From Chromera velia (lineage: Eukaryota): a stretch of 54,984 nt of DNA. The stretch lies in assembly GCA_018398765.1 (NCBI GenBank), contig JAHBMJ010000182.1:1-54984 (forward strand). The letters are read 5' to 3'. The position numbers were made by a program, and so were the translations under genes. The notes beneath the pieces were generated by a model. The model was given only the letters and a program-made list of their open reading frames with translations. It had not been told where the DNA came from and searched no databases. The first letter of the stretch is position 1, and each line of letters starts with the position of its first letter. This document shows, piece by piece, positions 1 to 12,800 of the stretch.

Positions 1-91
1 TGTGTGTGTGTGTGGGTGGGTGGGTGGGTGGGTGCGTCTCGTCGTTTCTCTTCTGTCTTCACCATTTTACTCCACGTTACCTTGCAAGCAG

Positions 92-921
92 GTACAGTCG
101 GGCAGCCAGCCCACCCGGCTTTCAAGGGTTTTCTGTCCAAGTGCCGAACGTGGAAGGCAGTCGGGGGTGCTCCTGGGCGAACATTGGCGTTCGAGTTTGC
201 GGACGGGAAGTGCATGATGTCTGCAATCAGCCAACTGGCCGAGCTAACCCCAGAGGTTCTCGAAGCTTCTCTGGAAGATGGAAGCTTTCTGGCACAATGC
301 CAAAGAGCACCGGTGTTGGCCTTTACCAACTGGAGTCTCTATCCCTACATGACAGACTGCTGGGGGGTGTTGCAGAGTCGGATTTTGAAGCACCTCAGCC
401 ACAGACCGCATCTGTTCATTGACCTAGTAGACCCCCGTGGACGCCCGAGGAGTGATATTTCGAGAATGCTTGAGCGTTTAGTTGCGTTTGAGGAGTTCAC
501 AAAGGTTTGTCTGGGAGGAAATTTGAATGAGGCAAATGTGATTGCAGGTCTTTTAGGATTAGAGGAAATCGAGGAAGAGGAGCCAGAAGCTGTTGCGCTG
601 CAGGCTTCACAGATAAGGAAGGTACTTGGGATTAGTGAAGTTGTGACGCACTGTGTACACAGTTCTGCGTGTGCAACTGTGGAGGGTGGAAGTGAGCACG
701 CGCCAACCCCGTTCTGTGCCAGCCCGAAGAAGAGCACGGGGGCAGGAGACCGTTTCAATGCCGGATATTGCGCGGGAACTGCTCTCGGGTTGCGCGGTGT
801 GGATCGTTTGCTGGTGGGCAACTGCTGTTCTGGTTTTTTTGTCCGGAATGCGCGGTCTGGCTCTGCAGAGGAGCTGGCTCAATTGGCAGCAGATTGGGTT
901 CAGGGCTCAATAAAAGAATAA
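92..921 (+). CDS. PfkB/ribokinase-family carbohydrate kinase, terminal exon (5' part lies outside the window)
   Basis: ORF 4..921 ends with the PfkB C-terminal signature STGAGDRFNAGY and also has NLNEA. The first ~90 nt are (GT)n/(GGGT)n plus a pyrimidine tract ending in caagcag (89-91), i.e. an intron acceptor. Confidence 0.75.
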
Positions 922-1284
922 ATCTAGGAACAAATATCATGTAAATTAAGCTGAACAATGATTGCCGGTGCCTATTAAAGCCAGTGCATATGCAACGGTG
1001 CCAGTGCAATTTAAGGTGCAGTGTTATAAGTGCATACAGCAACTAGTTGGATGTAACTAGTTGGATCACTGTGCTGGTAATTAGATAAAAACTTAGTTTA
1101 AACCCAGTCTTAGTTACTTAGGATAAAACTACTTTATCAGGCCGGGATAAAACCAGATTCCCGGCCTAGTTCCCAGCCTTTTTAACGATGTGTATATAGA
1201 TTCTAATTAAGGTTTTTTTAAAAAAATAGTCTAGAAAGGTTTTCCCAAAACTAAGCGTTACTAGTCCAAACCTAGGTCCAAACT

Positions 1285-1721
1285 CGCAATGCGGAAGGTG
1301 GTTATACAGATGTGCATGAACCAATTAGAAGGGTCTGAAATTTTTGAGCCGGTGAAGCCGTTCCGCGCGATTCCGGCGGCGCCCAGGGCCCAGAAAGGTA
1401 CCAAATTGGTCCCCAAAGGCCGTTGAGTGCGTTGATGCAAGAATTTAGGCCAAAACTTTCCGGGACCACTCTCAAAATCCCAAAATTGTGCTTAGAATGC
1501 TCAAAAAGCATACCAACACACAGAGAAGGGTCATTTCGTCCTCTCGTCCTTTCCTGTCTACCTTGTTGTGTAGAGCAGTACCGATGGTCAAACTGGCACA
1601 ATTCCACTCCCCTAGTACTAGACAGCTTGCCTCTGTGTCAGGGTGAAGTCTTGTGGCACAGTTGATTTGCTTTGGCCTAGGCGATGCACAGTGGTAAAAA
1701 AAAAAAAAGAATAGACATGTC

Positions 1722-1760
<39 letters not shown>

Positions 1761-3058
1761 NNNNNNNNNNNNNNNNNNNNNNNNNNNNNNNNNNNNNNNN
1801 NNNNNNNNNNNNNNNNNNNNNNNNNNNNNNNNNNNNNNNNNNNNNNNNNNNNNNNNNNNNNNNNNNNNNNNNNNNNNNNNNNNNNNNNNNNNNNNNNNNN
1901 NNNNNNNNNNNNNNNNNNNNNNNNNNNNNNNNNNNNNNNNNNNNNNNNNNNNNNNNNNNNNNNNNNNNNNNNNNNNNNNNNNNNNNNNNNNNNNNNNNNN
2001 NNNNNNNNNNNNNNNNNNNNNNNNNNNNNNNNNNNTTTTTTTTTTTTTTTAGTCTAGTGGTCAAAGGTCCAAGCAAACTTAGCAAAGGTAGGTTTTGTAG
2101 TTAGATGTGTTTTTGTTATATGTTTGGCACTTCCAATAAAATAATAGAAAAAAAAATAAAAAAGATTAGGCTTCTCCAGATTTTTTTTTTCTTTTTTTTT
2201 ATCACTGTGTGTCGCCTAGGCTTTGGCGTGTCTGGCAGCTCCAGTCTGGACCAGTCAGGAAAGTACCTCCCAGGCCTCCAAAGCAACATTCCTTCTTTCT
2301 ACCAGGAGGCCGCAGAATCGATCCCCAGTAATTTTGCCCAATGCCCTGTGTCTGTTGTCATCCTCCCAGGCTAGCGGGATAGGTTCCTGGTGAATCTGCT
2401 GGTTGTGGGAAGGCGAGATTGTTTTATGTTCCTGTTGTGGAGAATTGGCGTCTCAGGGGTATTAATCAACCTCCAGCTCCCCCGGTAAGTGGTTCTGTCC
2501 TGCTCTTTCCCTCCAGACAGGAGTATATGAGTATTGGGCAGTACCTTTGTGCGATGGCTGCAGGTTTAAAGTGCTCAAGAAGGAAAAAGCCCTTCCGGCA
2601 ATTTGACATAGGGCGCCATCTGGAGTGTATCTTTCTGTTCATGAGCAGACTTGTCAGTTAAAGTCCACAGTGCATCAACCATTCCTTATCCCCTGTTACA
2701 ACTAAGTTACCTGGACCAGATGGAGCGTATTGGTATACATTTTATCATCATTGATGTACCACAACCCTTTCTGAACTTCTGAGTCTAGGAAGGCTACTTT
2801 GGCCTCTTCAGGTGTCAGACCTCAGACGTCCATTCTTTGGACTCCCTGTGAGTCTGGGAGTCGTTTTTTCTACACCAAACAGCTAGAAAGAGTCTAGAGA
2901 GGCGAACTAACGTTTCCTAGGGTCGTTGGTTTGAGTCCAGGAGGGAAAAGGGAATAGAGGGCTGTTCCTTTTCCCCTCGAAATTTTTGAGCCGGTTAAGG
3001 TCTAGCGGTGGGTTCTAATTGGTCCATGCACATCTATATGACCCGCCGCCGCGTTGCG
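1285..3058. mobile_element. Putative non-autonomous or decayed DNA transposon bounded by imperfect 46-bp terminal inverted repeats
   Basis: 1285-1330 (cgcaatgcggaaggtggttatacagatgtgcatgaaccaattagaa) matches the reverse complement of 3013-3058 at 38/46 positions. A 17-bp direct repeat gaaatttttgagccggt lies just inside both ends (~1337 and ~2979). TSD not resolved, no intact transposase, and the interior contains the N gap. Confidence 0.55.
1761..2035. other. Assembly gap (N run) flanked by poly-T
   Basis: Run of n characters with T homopolymers on both sides. Confidence 0.99.
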
Positions 3059-3877
3059 CTAGATTAGAAGTTAACAACATTAACAACTAGATTAACAAAT
3101 CGATCTGGTAACAACTTCTAGTAACAGTTTGAACTATCTAGTGAACTATACACACTTAGGAGTATACATACAAAAATTTATCATAATAGATATTTAATAA
3201 TATAATCATCATAATAACGGGAAGGCCCTTAAGCCCTAAGGCGGAACCTATAGGACGGAATTTATAGCAGTCAATCGATCATCAAGCAATATCATAAAGA
3301 ACAACATAATCTAGAACATAAATTTATTCTCAAACTTATGGTCTAGCTTATGGTGCACATTAGTGTAAATGGTGCCAGTGGTAAACAATAATTTAGACAA
3401 TTATTGATCTTCTATCAAAGTAATCAAACTGAAGCAGTGAAGCTGTACGTATGAAGCTGCATAAAGATTTAAATTAAATCATTTAATACTTTCACTCTAT
3501 AAGTGCGTTCATGAGACTGTGTGCATGCAATTAAGACAAACGTTCCAGAAACCGAGCGAGAATTCAATCAATTGCATTTCAAATGCCCCGCAAGTTCGAT
3601 CTCTGATCGAGAATCGCCCTGCAGGCCTTCACGGAAACTTTAACCTTCCTTCACAGCCTTGGCTTGGCTTCGTCAATCCCCTTTTATCATTCCCTTCCTC
3701 CCTCCCCCCTCGCCTGCAGGGTGTCCGATGCATTCTGGCATGCATGCATACACACATGCCTTCACTGCCTTCGCCCTTCCTTCTTCACTGATTGCGATCG
3801 ACTCAGATATGAGACTCTCTCTTTTCACATGGAAAGAAGAGAAGAGTGCACCCCCCCCCGTCAGGCCAGTCAGCACC

Positions 3878-6800
3878 TCACTTCTGGTGCTGCGCTTTCG
3901 TCTCTGCTGAGGGCGCTGCTCTCCCTTGCAGCCCTACGGCAATCTGCGAAGGACCAGCTGCAGCACTACCACTTGAAGGCATCGGTGCGACAGCTGCTGC
4001 TTGCAGATCTCTCATGAATGCCGCCTGCGAGGTCCCTGCCGTCCCCCCCAACTCAGGTTGAGAGGGGGGAACAGGAAGGCCCCCTAACGAGGAGGCCCCA
4101 GGGAGGCCAATACCCAGAGACCCCCCCGCAATACCTCCCAGACCTGCCAGCTGTTGGTGTGTGGGGAGTGTGACGGGGTGACCACCGGAGTGACCGGACA
4201 GCCAGGGAGACGGGGAACTACTGCCACTTCGTCCTGCTGTAGGCGGACGAATTTGTGCGGGGGGGCGAGCTTGGGCAACTGGTCGGGCCCCGGCATGAAT
4301 CTTTAGCGGGGGCTGCTGCCCTTCCGTGCCCCCTCCGCCACTTTGACCTCCATGCGAGCCGGGGCCCTCTCTACGAGGAGAGGGAGGGGGGCCCTCCTTT
4401 CTTTTCTTGGACCCCGGCGGGCCCTCCCCGGAACGGCTAGAGAGTGCGGAGGGAGACTGAAGACCGGAGACAGGAGGATCAACATGGAGCTGCGTGACGG
4501 TCCCGGAAGGCGCAGTTGCAAAGAGCGCAGTAGTGGTGATCCCCATTCCCCCGGAGCGGCCACCTGCCGCTGAGGGAACAGGTGAGGCCGGACCCGGAGA
4601 GGATGGAACGGTGCCAGAGGCACTTCTGAGAGGGGGCTTTGTGACCAGGTGGGGGCCGTTCTGGTGCTGCTGTTGTCCTCCTGGCACTCCCGCCTGCCCT
4701 GCTGTCGGGGGCAACAGGGACACAGCGCCTGGTTGACCTCTGCGCAGTTGTTCCCCTGAGTAGGGGTTGCGGCCTCCTGGGTAGGGGCTGTTGGAATTGG
4801 ACCGTTTTCCGGGGGGGATTCTGCCTGCTGCGAGTGCATCTTGCCTTCCTGGAGGCTGCAGCCCCCCCCCCTGGGAGGAAAAGCTGCCGGTAGGGGATAC
4901 ACGTGCCGCAGCAAGGGAGGCGGGGGGAAGTGCCCCCATGAGAAGCTGGCGTGTGGTCGAGTGGGGTCGGACGATGTCGAATGGCAGTGGGGCGTGGAGG
5001 TTCAGGACGTCCCCGACTGCGTGCAACTGCAAGCACTTCAGCCGCTCGCGCTTCGTGATAAAAGCCCCCAGCTCTTTCAGTTTCGGGAGAGTCTGCGGAC
5101 ACGAGCAAAACATCCACGCATACAGACACGAGAGCAGAATGGGGGGGAAGAATCGGGGGGGGGGAAACATACAGGACTTGCAGAGGAGGGAAGGCAGAGA
5201 TCAGAAAACGGAAGCTGAGGTGCGAGCAGAGAGAAGGGACCCATCCCATCCATTCATCCATCTGGCTTCACCCCCACTGGTGGTTGGCATGCTGCTTACT
5301 CAACTGTGCATGCCGACGATGGCTTTCCTCTCACGGACTTTATTTTGTTGTCATGCCCATACGACACATCTACAGAATGCATTTATTTCCCCCTACCGTT
5401 CCCCCTTTCCCACTTCACTCGATCGTTGACTGACTGACCTCCTTAATCCCCTTGACGAATGCTCTTGCCTCGTCAAGATCTTCACCGAGCAAAGAATTCA
5501 ACCCTCCCGAAGCATCCCCCCGACCCCTCTCTCTTCCACCCTCAGTGCCTTGACGCGCCGGGGCCCTCCCACCAGTCCCCCATCTCTTCTTGCTGCCCTT
5601 CGCCAGGCTCCACTCCTCACCTCCCTCCCCTTCTGTGCATGACGCCGGAACGCTGCTGTCAGCTCCTTGACTGTCAAGCGTTGAAGGACCCACCGTAGGC
5701 GCGCCGCCACCTGCCCCGGCCGCAGCAACAGCAGCCGCTGCCGCCGCAGGAGGACTGGCGGCGGTTGCAGTCTTCTGTTTGTTTTGAATTCTGGAAGACT
5801 TTTCTCGCGTCGCAGGAAGCGTCTGTGCTTGTGGCTGAGATGCGGTTGTAGCCGTCTGTGCCATGGCAGCTTTGGCTTTTGCCTTTGCTTTTGGGTTCGG
5901 TTGGGGTGGTTGTTGTGCCGCCAGTTTTGCTGCCCTCTCCTCCGGAGTGAGAGGTCGAGGACTTCTGTCGTAGACCTGCTGGAGGATGCACGCGCGCGCC
6001 TCCTTGTGATAGGCCAGGGACCTGCAGATTGTTTCAAAAGAGAGAGAAGAGAACATCGCAGTCAGTCAGTCAGTCAGTTCAAGTGGGACCTGAGAAGCTG
6101 GTGAGTTTCTCAATGAACAGACCAGAGCCGAAAGAAAGAAGAGATGCGAAAAAAACAACAGAACGAACAGCGTGGCCCCGGAGGGCGGAGCGAGGCTTGG
6201 AGCATGTTCGCACGGAGCTCTCCGCCCGGGGGGCACTTAATCCCCCGCGACTCCTTCCTCCGGCACCCTGAGGCGACGCTCGCGGGCGCACACAGGCCCC
6301 GGCATGCCCTCAAAACTTGACGCGTAGAAAACATGCCGCGGCCCCTGCCTGGGCCCTGAGTTCCACACCGATGCATGCATGCATGGCCCCGCGGAGGGCG
6401 GAGCTGTAATTCGTTCATGCCCTCCGGGACCTTTGGAGTTGCGAGCGGAGCGAGCGGCTCTGTAGCTGTTGCATAAACTTGTGCATGGTAGAAGAGTAAG
6501 ACAAAAACGGTTGAAAGAGACCAGAGCGTATCCATCCTTCACACGATAGATTGAGGAGGAAGTTCTCACTCACTCCGCACAAACAAGAACAATCAAGCAA
6601 AACAACAAAACGGAAAACGGCTCTTCATTCCTCGTCCAACGTAGGGCCGACCTCTCGCGTCCCTCTGGTGTGTGCTTCTCACAAAAGACGTGCATCGCGA
6701 CCCCTGTCATGGTGAAGAACCCACGCGTGCTGCAGTCAATTAAATATACCGACTCCTCCCCACCCCTCGTCACCGAAGGCCCACCCCCTGAGGTTTGAAA

Positions 6801-9800
6801 GCTTACAGAGGCCCCTGTACCGGTCTTCTCTGCAGCGGCTGCAGCGCTACCGGCTGGCGGCTCGTCTTTCGTCCCCCCTGCCCCCCTCTGCACTGGCTGT
6901 GAACAAGCACGCACAGGACGACCTACATCCTCACAGCCATGAAGGCTCAGCCCAGCAGCAAACGCACAGAAAGGATGGAACACGGCTGCACAACCGGGGG
7001 AAGCACACGCAACGACTGCCCCTCCCTCTTTGCCACACCCACCACAGACTTCCTTCTCACTATACCCCTCTGCTGCCTTGTCCTTCTCTCCCTCTTCGTG
7101 TTTCTGCCTCTGCTGCTGCAAGGCCTTTTCTCGTCGCCTCTGCAGCCAGCAAGAGTCAGGAAGGGGAGACAGGTCCCACCGGTCCATCGTGTTCCAATTC
7201 AAACAGAATGCTCCGTGCTGCAGGAAAAAAGAAGCACAAAACGGATGCACCCATGCCTCCCGACAAAGCGCACCGCTCACGCCAACGAAAGCGCTGCGAG
7301 CGGGGAGACTGAGCATACCCAAGGGGGAGTTCGCAAGCGCTCCCTGGTGGAAAGTCAGCTGTCTGCGTGTCTTCAGACAGGCACTGAGGAAGGGTGATCC
7401 TCCCATATCACCCCCCATCTCGGCTGATGAACCGCCAGAGGCAGTCAATGGAGAGGCAGTGCTGGTGTCCCCAGCTGCTGCCTTCTGTCGGAACGCGTAC
7501 AGAAATTCACGGGTCGGTGCTACGTAGCCGTCCTCAACCGTGATCTCTGGCCCCTTTTCTGAGGGCCCTCTCTTGCTGTCTGCTGGAACGGATGCAGCAA
7601 CTGCTGCGGCTGCAGCTGATGCCATGCCCCCAGAAACAGACGGAAGGGGCGAGGCTGCTGGACCCCCCGCCCCCCCGGCTGTAACTGTGAACGCAGGAGA
7701 TGGGAGAGGGGACGGGGACGCCGTTCCGTCTCCCCCAAACAAAATGCATGCAGAATCGGAAACGAGGGCGCGGACAAGCGCTGCGGGGAGCACGGGACCA
7801 TCATGCTCCTCTATGTCGGCAGGCACGTAGGCGCGTTTCAAGGCACCTCCTGGCTGCAGACAGCAGCTGCACCGTGCCAGGACAGAAGGAGCTGCCGGTT
7901 CGGGCGGGTTGAAGACTTTCAAGTGATGGGCATCGTCTGGAAGGGGGGGGGCTTCCTCACAGGTGGTGGTGGAAGGGATCAGTTTGGATTCAAAGTCGGG
8001 ACCCACCGGCAATTCTGGAGGACACTTTCTGTCCCCCTCACTTTCTTTCTTCACACACCCCAATAGCTCTTCGGCATCCACAGGGATATGTGTACCGAAA
8101 GGGTCCCCCACACCGTTTGTTCCGCCTGCAGCAGCAGAAGGTGCGGGGGAGGGTTCCTCTTTTTTGACCGTCAGCGAAGGGAGGGAGGGACTGGCAGCTG
8201 CCCGATTCACAGCCTCGAAAGGGATCTCTTGGGGTGCGGATTTGAATGGAACTAGAGACGGGAGCTTCCCCACCCCACCCGCACTTCCTGTGTCCGTCTG
8301 GGTGCGTGTTAAAAGATTGAGCCCCCCCCTTCCCCCCATGCCCCCAGTTCCCCCAGGGACAGTGATGGACAACCCTCCCCCCGACATGGTCCGGCTCTTC
8401 TGCCTTCCTAGACCCCCCATCCCTCCCGACGCCGCCCTCCCAAGAGAGGGCATTGTACCCCACCGTGTCCTTCTGTTCTGCCGGACGCTCTCCTCGTACG
8501 CCTGCATGCATGCAGTGCATTCATCCATTCATCCACTCATTCCTTTCCTTCAGATAACAGCAGCAGAAGAGGGATTGAGCGCGCATCCACATGCAGAAGG
8601 AAAAGCACAAAAAGTGTACGAGAGGAAGTCTGGTTCTTTGGAAACCTTCGAGGAGCGGTCCAGAGGACGTGAGGACGACATGGAAAGAAAAAAAGATTTG
8701 CCAACGCTGTCAATCAATCCATCGACCAAAACTCGCACGAGGAAGTGAATGGAAGGTGAATGTTCAAAGTGTAGGCAGACTCACTCGCAGCGGAAGAACA
8801 CATACATGCATGCATGAGAAACGACCGACCGACTTACCATAATGGCCGCACAGGGTGCACAGTAGTAGATCGGTCTTTCTTTGTCAGGATCAAAAGCGAA
8901 TGTCCACGCGTCCAGGCCGTAGCACTGCTTGTGCGTGAATATGCGACACCGGTAGCACGAGACCGTCAGACCTAGGTCTGCGGGTTGGAGGTCACTGCCT
9001 GATTTCCTGAGCCATTCCGAGACATGGCCCTGCTCGGACGTTGTGTGATCTGCACACAGTGGACCTCCAAAACAGACGGCGCAGCGTGGAGGCGGCACAG
9101 TCAGTTTTCTCTTCTCCTTCTCCTTTTCCTTTACTTTCTCCTTATCCTCTTTGTAGGGCTCTGTGGGAGACGCGTCGGGAGGTTTTGGTTCTTCTTCTTC
9201 GGCCTTCTTCTCGGGGAGTGGAAGGTCCTCGAATACTACGCCCTCACTCTCGAAAAGAATGCGGTTGGGTGACTCCTTGTCCAATCGGAACAATCGGAGT
9301 TCGGTCGGGGGGATGTCCCGCAACCCCCTCACGAGGCCTAACCTCACATTCGACCAGCGCTGCGTGGCATACATCTGGCCTGCCAAAACTTTCAGGCCGG
9401 TTGCAATGCCCGAAGATCCCTGAAGGTTCATCAGGGGTGTGTGTGCGAGGTCAGAGGTACAGGGGACCGCTTCGGAGGCCTTCAACCTCCCACGCCGCTC
9501 AGGCTGCAATGTGCCGAACCAGGGGGCAAAGCCGAAACACTGCAGAGGCAAGACTCCAGGGGAATAACTCTCGTGCATCTCATACCGTCGCAGGGCTTCC
9601 GAAAAAACGGCTTGTCGGAGGGAGTGGCGTTGCTTTCGCAGCTTCGCTCTCGTCTCCCTCCACTTTGCCTCCACACACGCGAGCTCAAGCCCCAGCTCAT
9701 CTCCCTCATCTACTTTCTCAACAGCGGCAACACCTTCTTTCTCCCCCCCCTGAGCAGCCTCAGGGTCGCGCTCTCTCTTGATTCCCTTTCCTGCTGCACC

Positions 9801-12800
9801 TAGCGGCTCTCCAACAATATCCCCCCCTTCCTGCGGCAATCCCGCAACGGGACTGTCGTCATCGTCAAGAACGACAACCATAGAGGACGATGTGCCTCCC
9901 GGGGCTGCTGCAGGCGCCGTGTAACCGCGCGGGGCCTGGACCCCCGCAATGGGCGGCAGGGGGGACGCAGGTCGGACTGCGGCGGCTGTCGTTGCCGCAA
10001 ATGCAGGAACGGGGGGAGGTGGAAATGCTCCCCCCCCTACCGACGCTTCTGCAAGGGATCTGGGAAGGGGAGAGCGCGTGCTGCTGCCAAGTCGTTCGAA
10101 CGGCTGGACTTTTGCTGGTGAAGGGGAGACACCGAGATTGCTTCGTCTGTCTGTGAATGTACAATCGTCCAAGTCCCCGGCGAGTAAATCTGCATCGAGA
10201 TCTATGAGGGGCAGTTCTGGAGACTGATGGAAATGTGGAGGCTGCTGTTGGGTTCCGTTGGTCATGGAAGAGAGATCGAGGCCCCCTTCTTTGCTCCTTA
10301 GTGGGTGTGGTATTGCGGACTGGAAGGGATTGGTGGGATGGTGTGTGGCATTGGGAAGCACGAGTTGCGTTCTTCCCTTTTCAAGAAAGAGATGATGAAC
10401 GGAGTTCTCTTGAATGAATGCGAACTCATATAGACAGAGCGAGGCACTCATCCTTCTGATAAGATCGGCTCGCTCCTCATTTGTTTCCCTATCTTTGTCG
10501 TGACTCGATAACTGGACTTCCTTTCCCACCCTCCCCTCATTCTCCTCACCCCCACAGAGACAACCCTTGATCGCTGCTTTGACCATTACCTCAAGATCAC
10601 TCGAACCTTTCAGGGCACTAGTCTTCTCTTTCAAGAACAAAAAATTGTCTCTGTCAAAAGCCGGAGGGTACAGGTACCACCGGGACCAGCACACAACCGG
10701 AGAATCATCGAGCCCTTCTGCCGTCTCCCCCCCTTCTCCACCACCCCCCCTACCTTCTCTACCCCCCCCACCTCCTTCAGCACCCACACCCATCGTTTCA
10801 TCAACAGAATCCACGTCAATTGCCTCCGGCACAGGCTTCTCCTTCTGCTGCTGTGCGTCTGCTGCGATCGCTATGGAAGGAAATGAGCTGCCCAGTTTGG
10901 GTGAGAGGGACGGTTGGGTGTCTAGCTTCAATTGGGACAGGCGACGGGAGTGACGAGTGGGCGAGGGGGAAGCAGTATTCTCTTTCTTTTCCTTTTCCTT
11001 CCTAGATCGACTTCCCGGCTCTTCTCGGCGTCTCGCTTCTTCTCTTTCTGCCTTCTTCACCTTTTCCGCTGCAGCTCTTGCAGCTAAGTATTTCATCCTT
11101 CGCTCTTTTTGACCATCCACTCGGAGCAGAACGGTGAAAGAGAGAGGGGCACCATTCACAGTCTCAAACCCCGGCCCATCGACTGTTAGCCCCCCAGTCT
11201 CTGTGGCTTGGGTTTTAGTTGAAGCTGATGCGGATGCAGAGGAGGCAGAAGCAGACGAATAGACAGGGGGCTTATCGAAGGAATTCCGCGTCTCCTCCTC
11301 TCCATCGCTCTCCTCATTTACGAGAACCTTCAAAAACTCCGCTGTGAACTCATAAGGACCCCTTTCTGAGGCATTCATCCTGCCGCCCATAGCCTTCCCA
11401 CCCTTTCCTCCACTCTTTCCTTTTCCACCCCATCCTTTTCCCTTCCCCTTTCCCTTTCCTCCCGTCTCTTTCTCATCCCCCGTATCTTCAGGCTCATGCT
11501 TCAGGGCTTCGCGCAACAACGCCTTCACTAAGTTCTCGCTCGGGTCCACAAAATGCCGAGCTACAGACGGATCCCCACCCCCCCGTGCATCGACCTTAGC
11601 AGGTCTCTCAAGGGCGAGAAGTTTCGGAACCGTCTCGTCTGTCTGGAGGTGCTGGGGGACGAGGAACTTACGGAAATAAGCGTCAAAACGTCCCCAATTC
11701 AACGTGCGCTGCTGTACTTTTGCCTTCGCTTGAGGCCGACCCCCACCCCACCCGCCTGGTCCCCCCCTCCCGCCGCCAGTCCCCCCCGACTGCCCGCCGC
11801 CACCTCCCCCTGTGCGCCCAGGATCCTCAGATCCATCGGGACTCTCCCGAAAACCCCCACTGTGCCCACGTGTCAATGTCATGAAAGAACCCCCACGACC
11901 CCCTAGGGCTTGTGAGCCTCCCCCTCCGTCGTTCCCCTGTTTCCGTGGGCGCCCTGGCCCCCGCTTTGGCTTCAGGGGATCAGGAACGGGGGCAGGGCGG
12001 ACTGCCAGAGACGCCGCTGCCGGGGCCTGTGCCCCTGACGCGAGATGATTCGTTGAGGTGCCGAATGCAGGCGCACTGCTGTGAATTGAGGGGGGGGAGG
12101 GGTCTCCATAGGGAGGGGGGGACGTCGAAGATGCATAGGAGGAAGGAATGTCAATAAGGGGAGGGCGCATGATGCCGCCATCACCACCCTGGAGCCTGCT
12201 GCTGCTGCTGCTGCCGAGATTGGCTTGGGGGTGCTGCTGCGTACCTACGGCAGACCGCATCATCTCTGACTGCGCCGCGCCCCCAACCGTCAATCCAGCG
12301 GACTTCTCGAGAGGGGGAAACAGCCCTGCACCCCCATCCCCCCCTGCGAGTCGTCTCTGTCGTGTATAGATCTCCTTAGGTGATCGGGTAGTGGCAGACA
12401 CCCCCCCCCGCCCTCTCCCTCGCCCCCTTCCCCTTCCCCTGCCCCTTCCACCAGCTGACTTTGTTGTCACCATACCCCCCAACCCGAGGGAACCTCTCCC
12501 TGCCGATCCCGGAGCGCCACCCGGACCCGGGCCAACTGCATTCGGGTTCGGGCTCCCTGCCAGAGGAACTCCTGAAGCGCTCTGGTGTGTACCCTGCTGC
12601 TGCTCGAACTGCAAACCCTGCTTGAAGGCCGACAAGAAAAGAGAGAGGGAGGGAGGGAGGGAGGAAGGGAGAAGACAATGAAAGAATGACTAACATGAAT
12701 GAAAAGGGAAAAACGAGAGAGAGGGCCCAGTCACCGTCCGCCTGGCATGCAGGCACAGCGCTTATGCCTTTCGTCCTTCTTTCCTTTCTTCCTTCTTTTT

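Noticed and set aside
1684..2085. ORFs of poly-F/poly-K/X
   Set aside because: Artefacts of homopolymers and the N gap.
3223..3256. aaggccctta...cctat(a)gga similarity to 48330-48353
   Set aside because: Too short to establish a shared element without a genome-wide search.
6023..6651. Extra exons or ORFs (6110-6535, 6237-6569) inside the PZP gene
   Set aside because: The donor at 6651 joins the acceptor at 6022 in the correct phase without them, and they contain no recognisable motifs.
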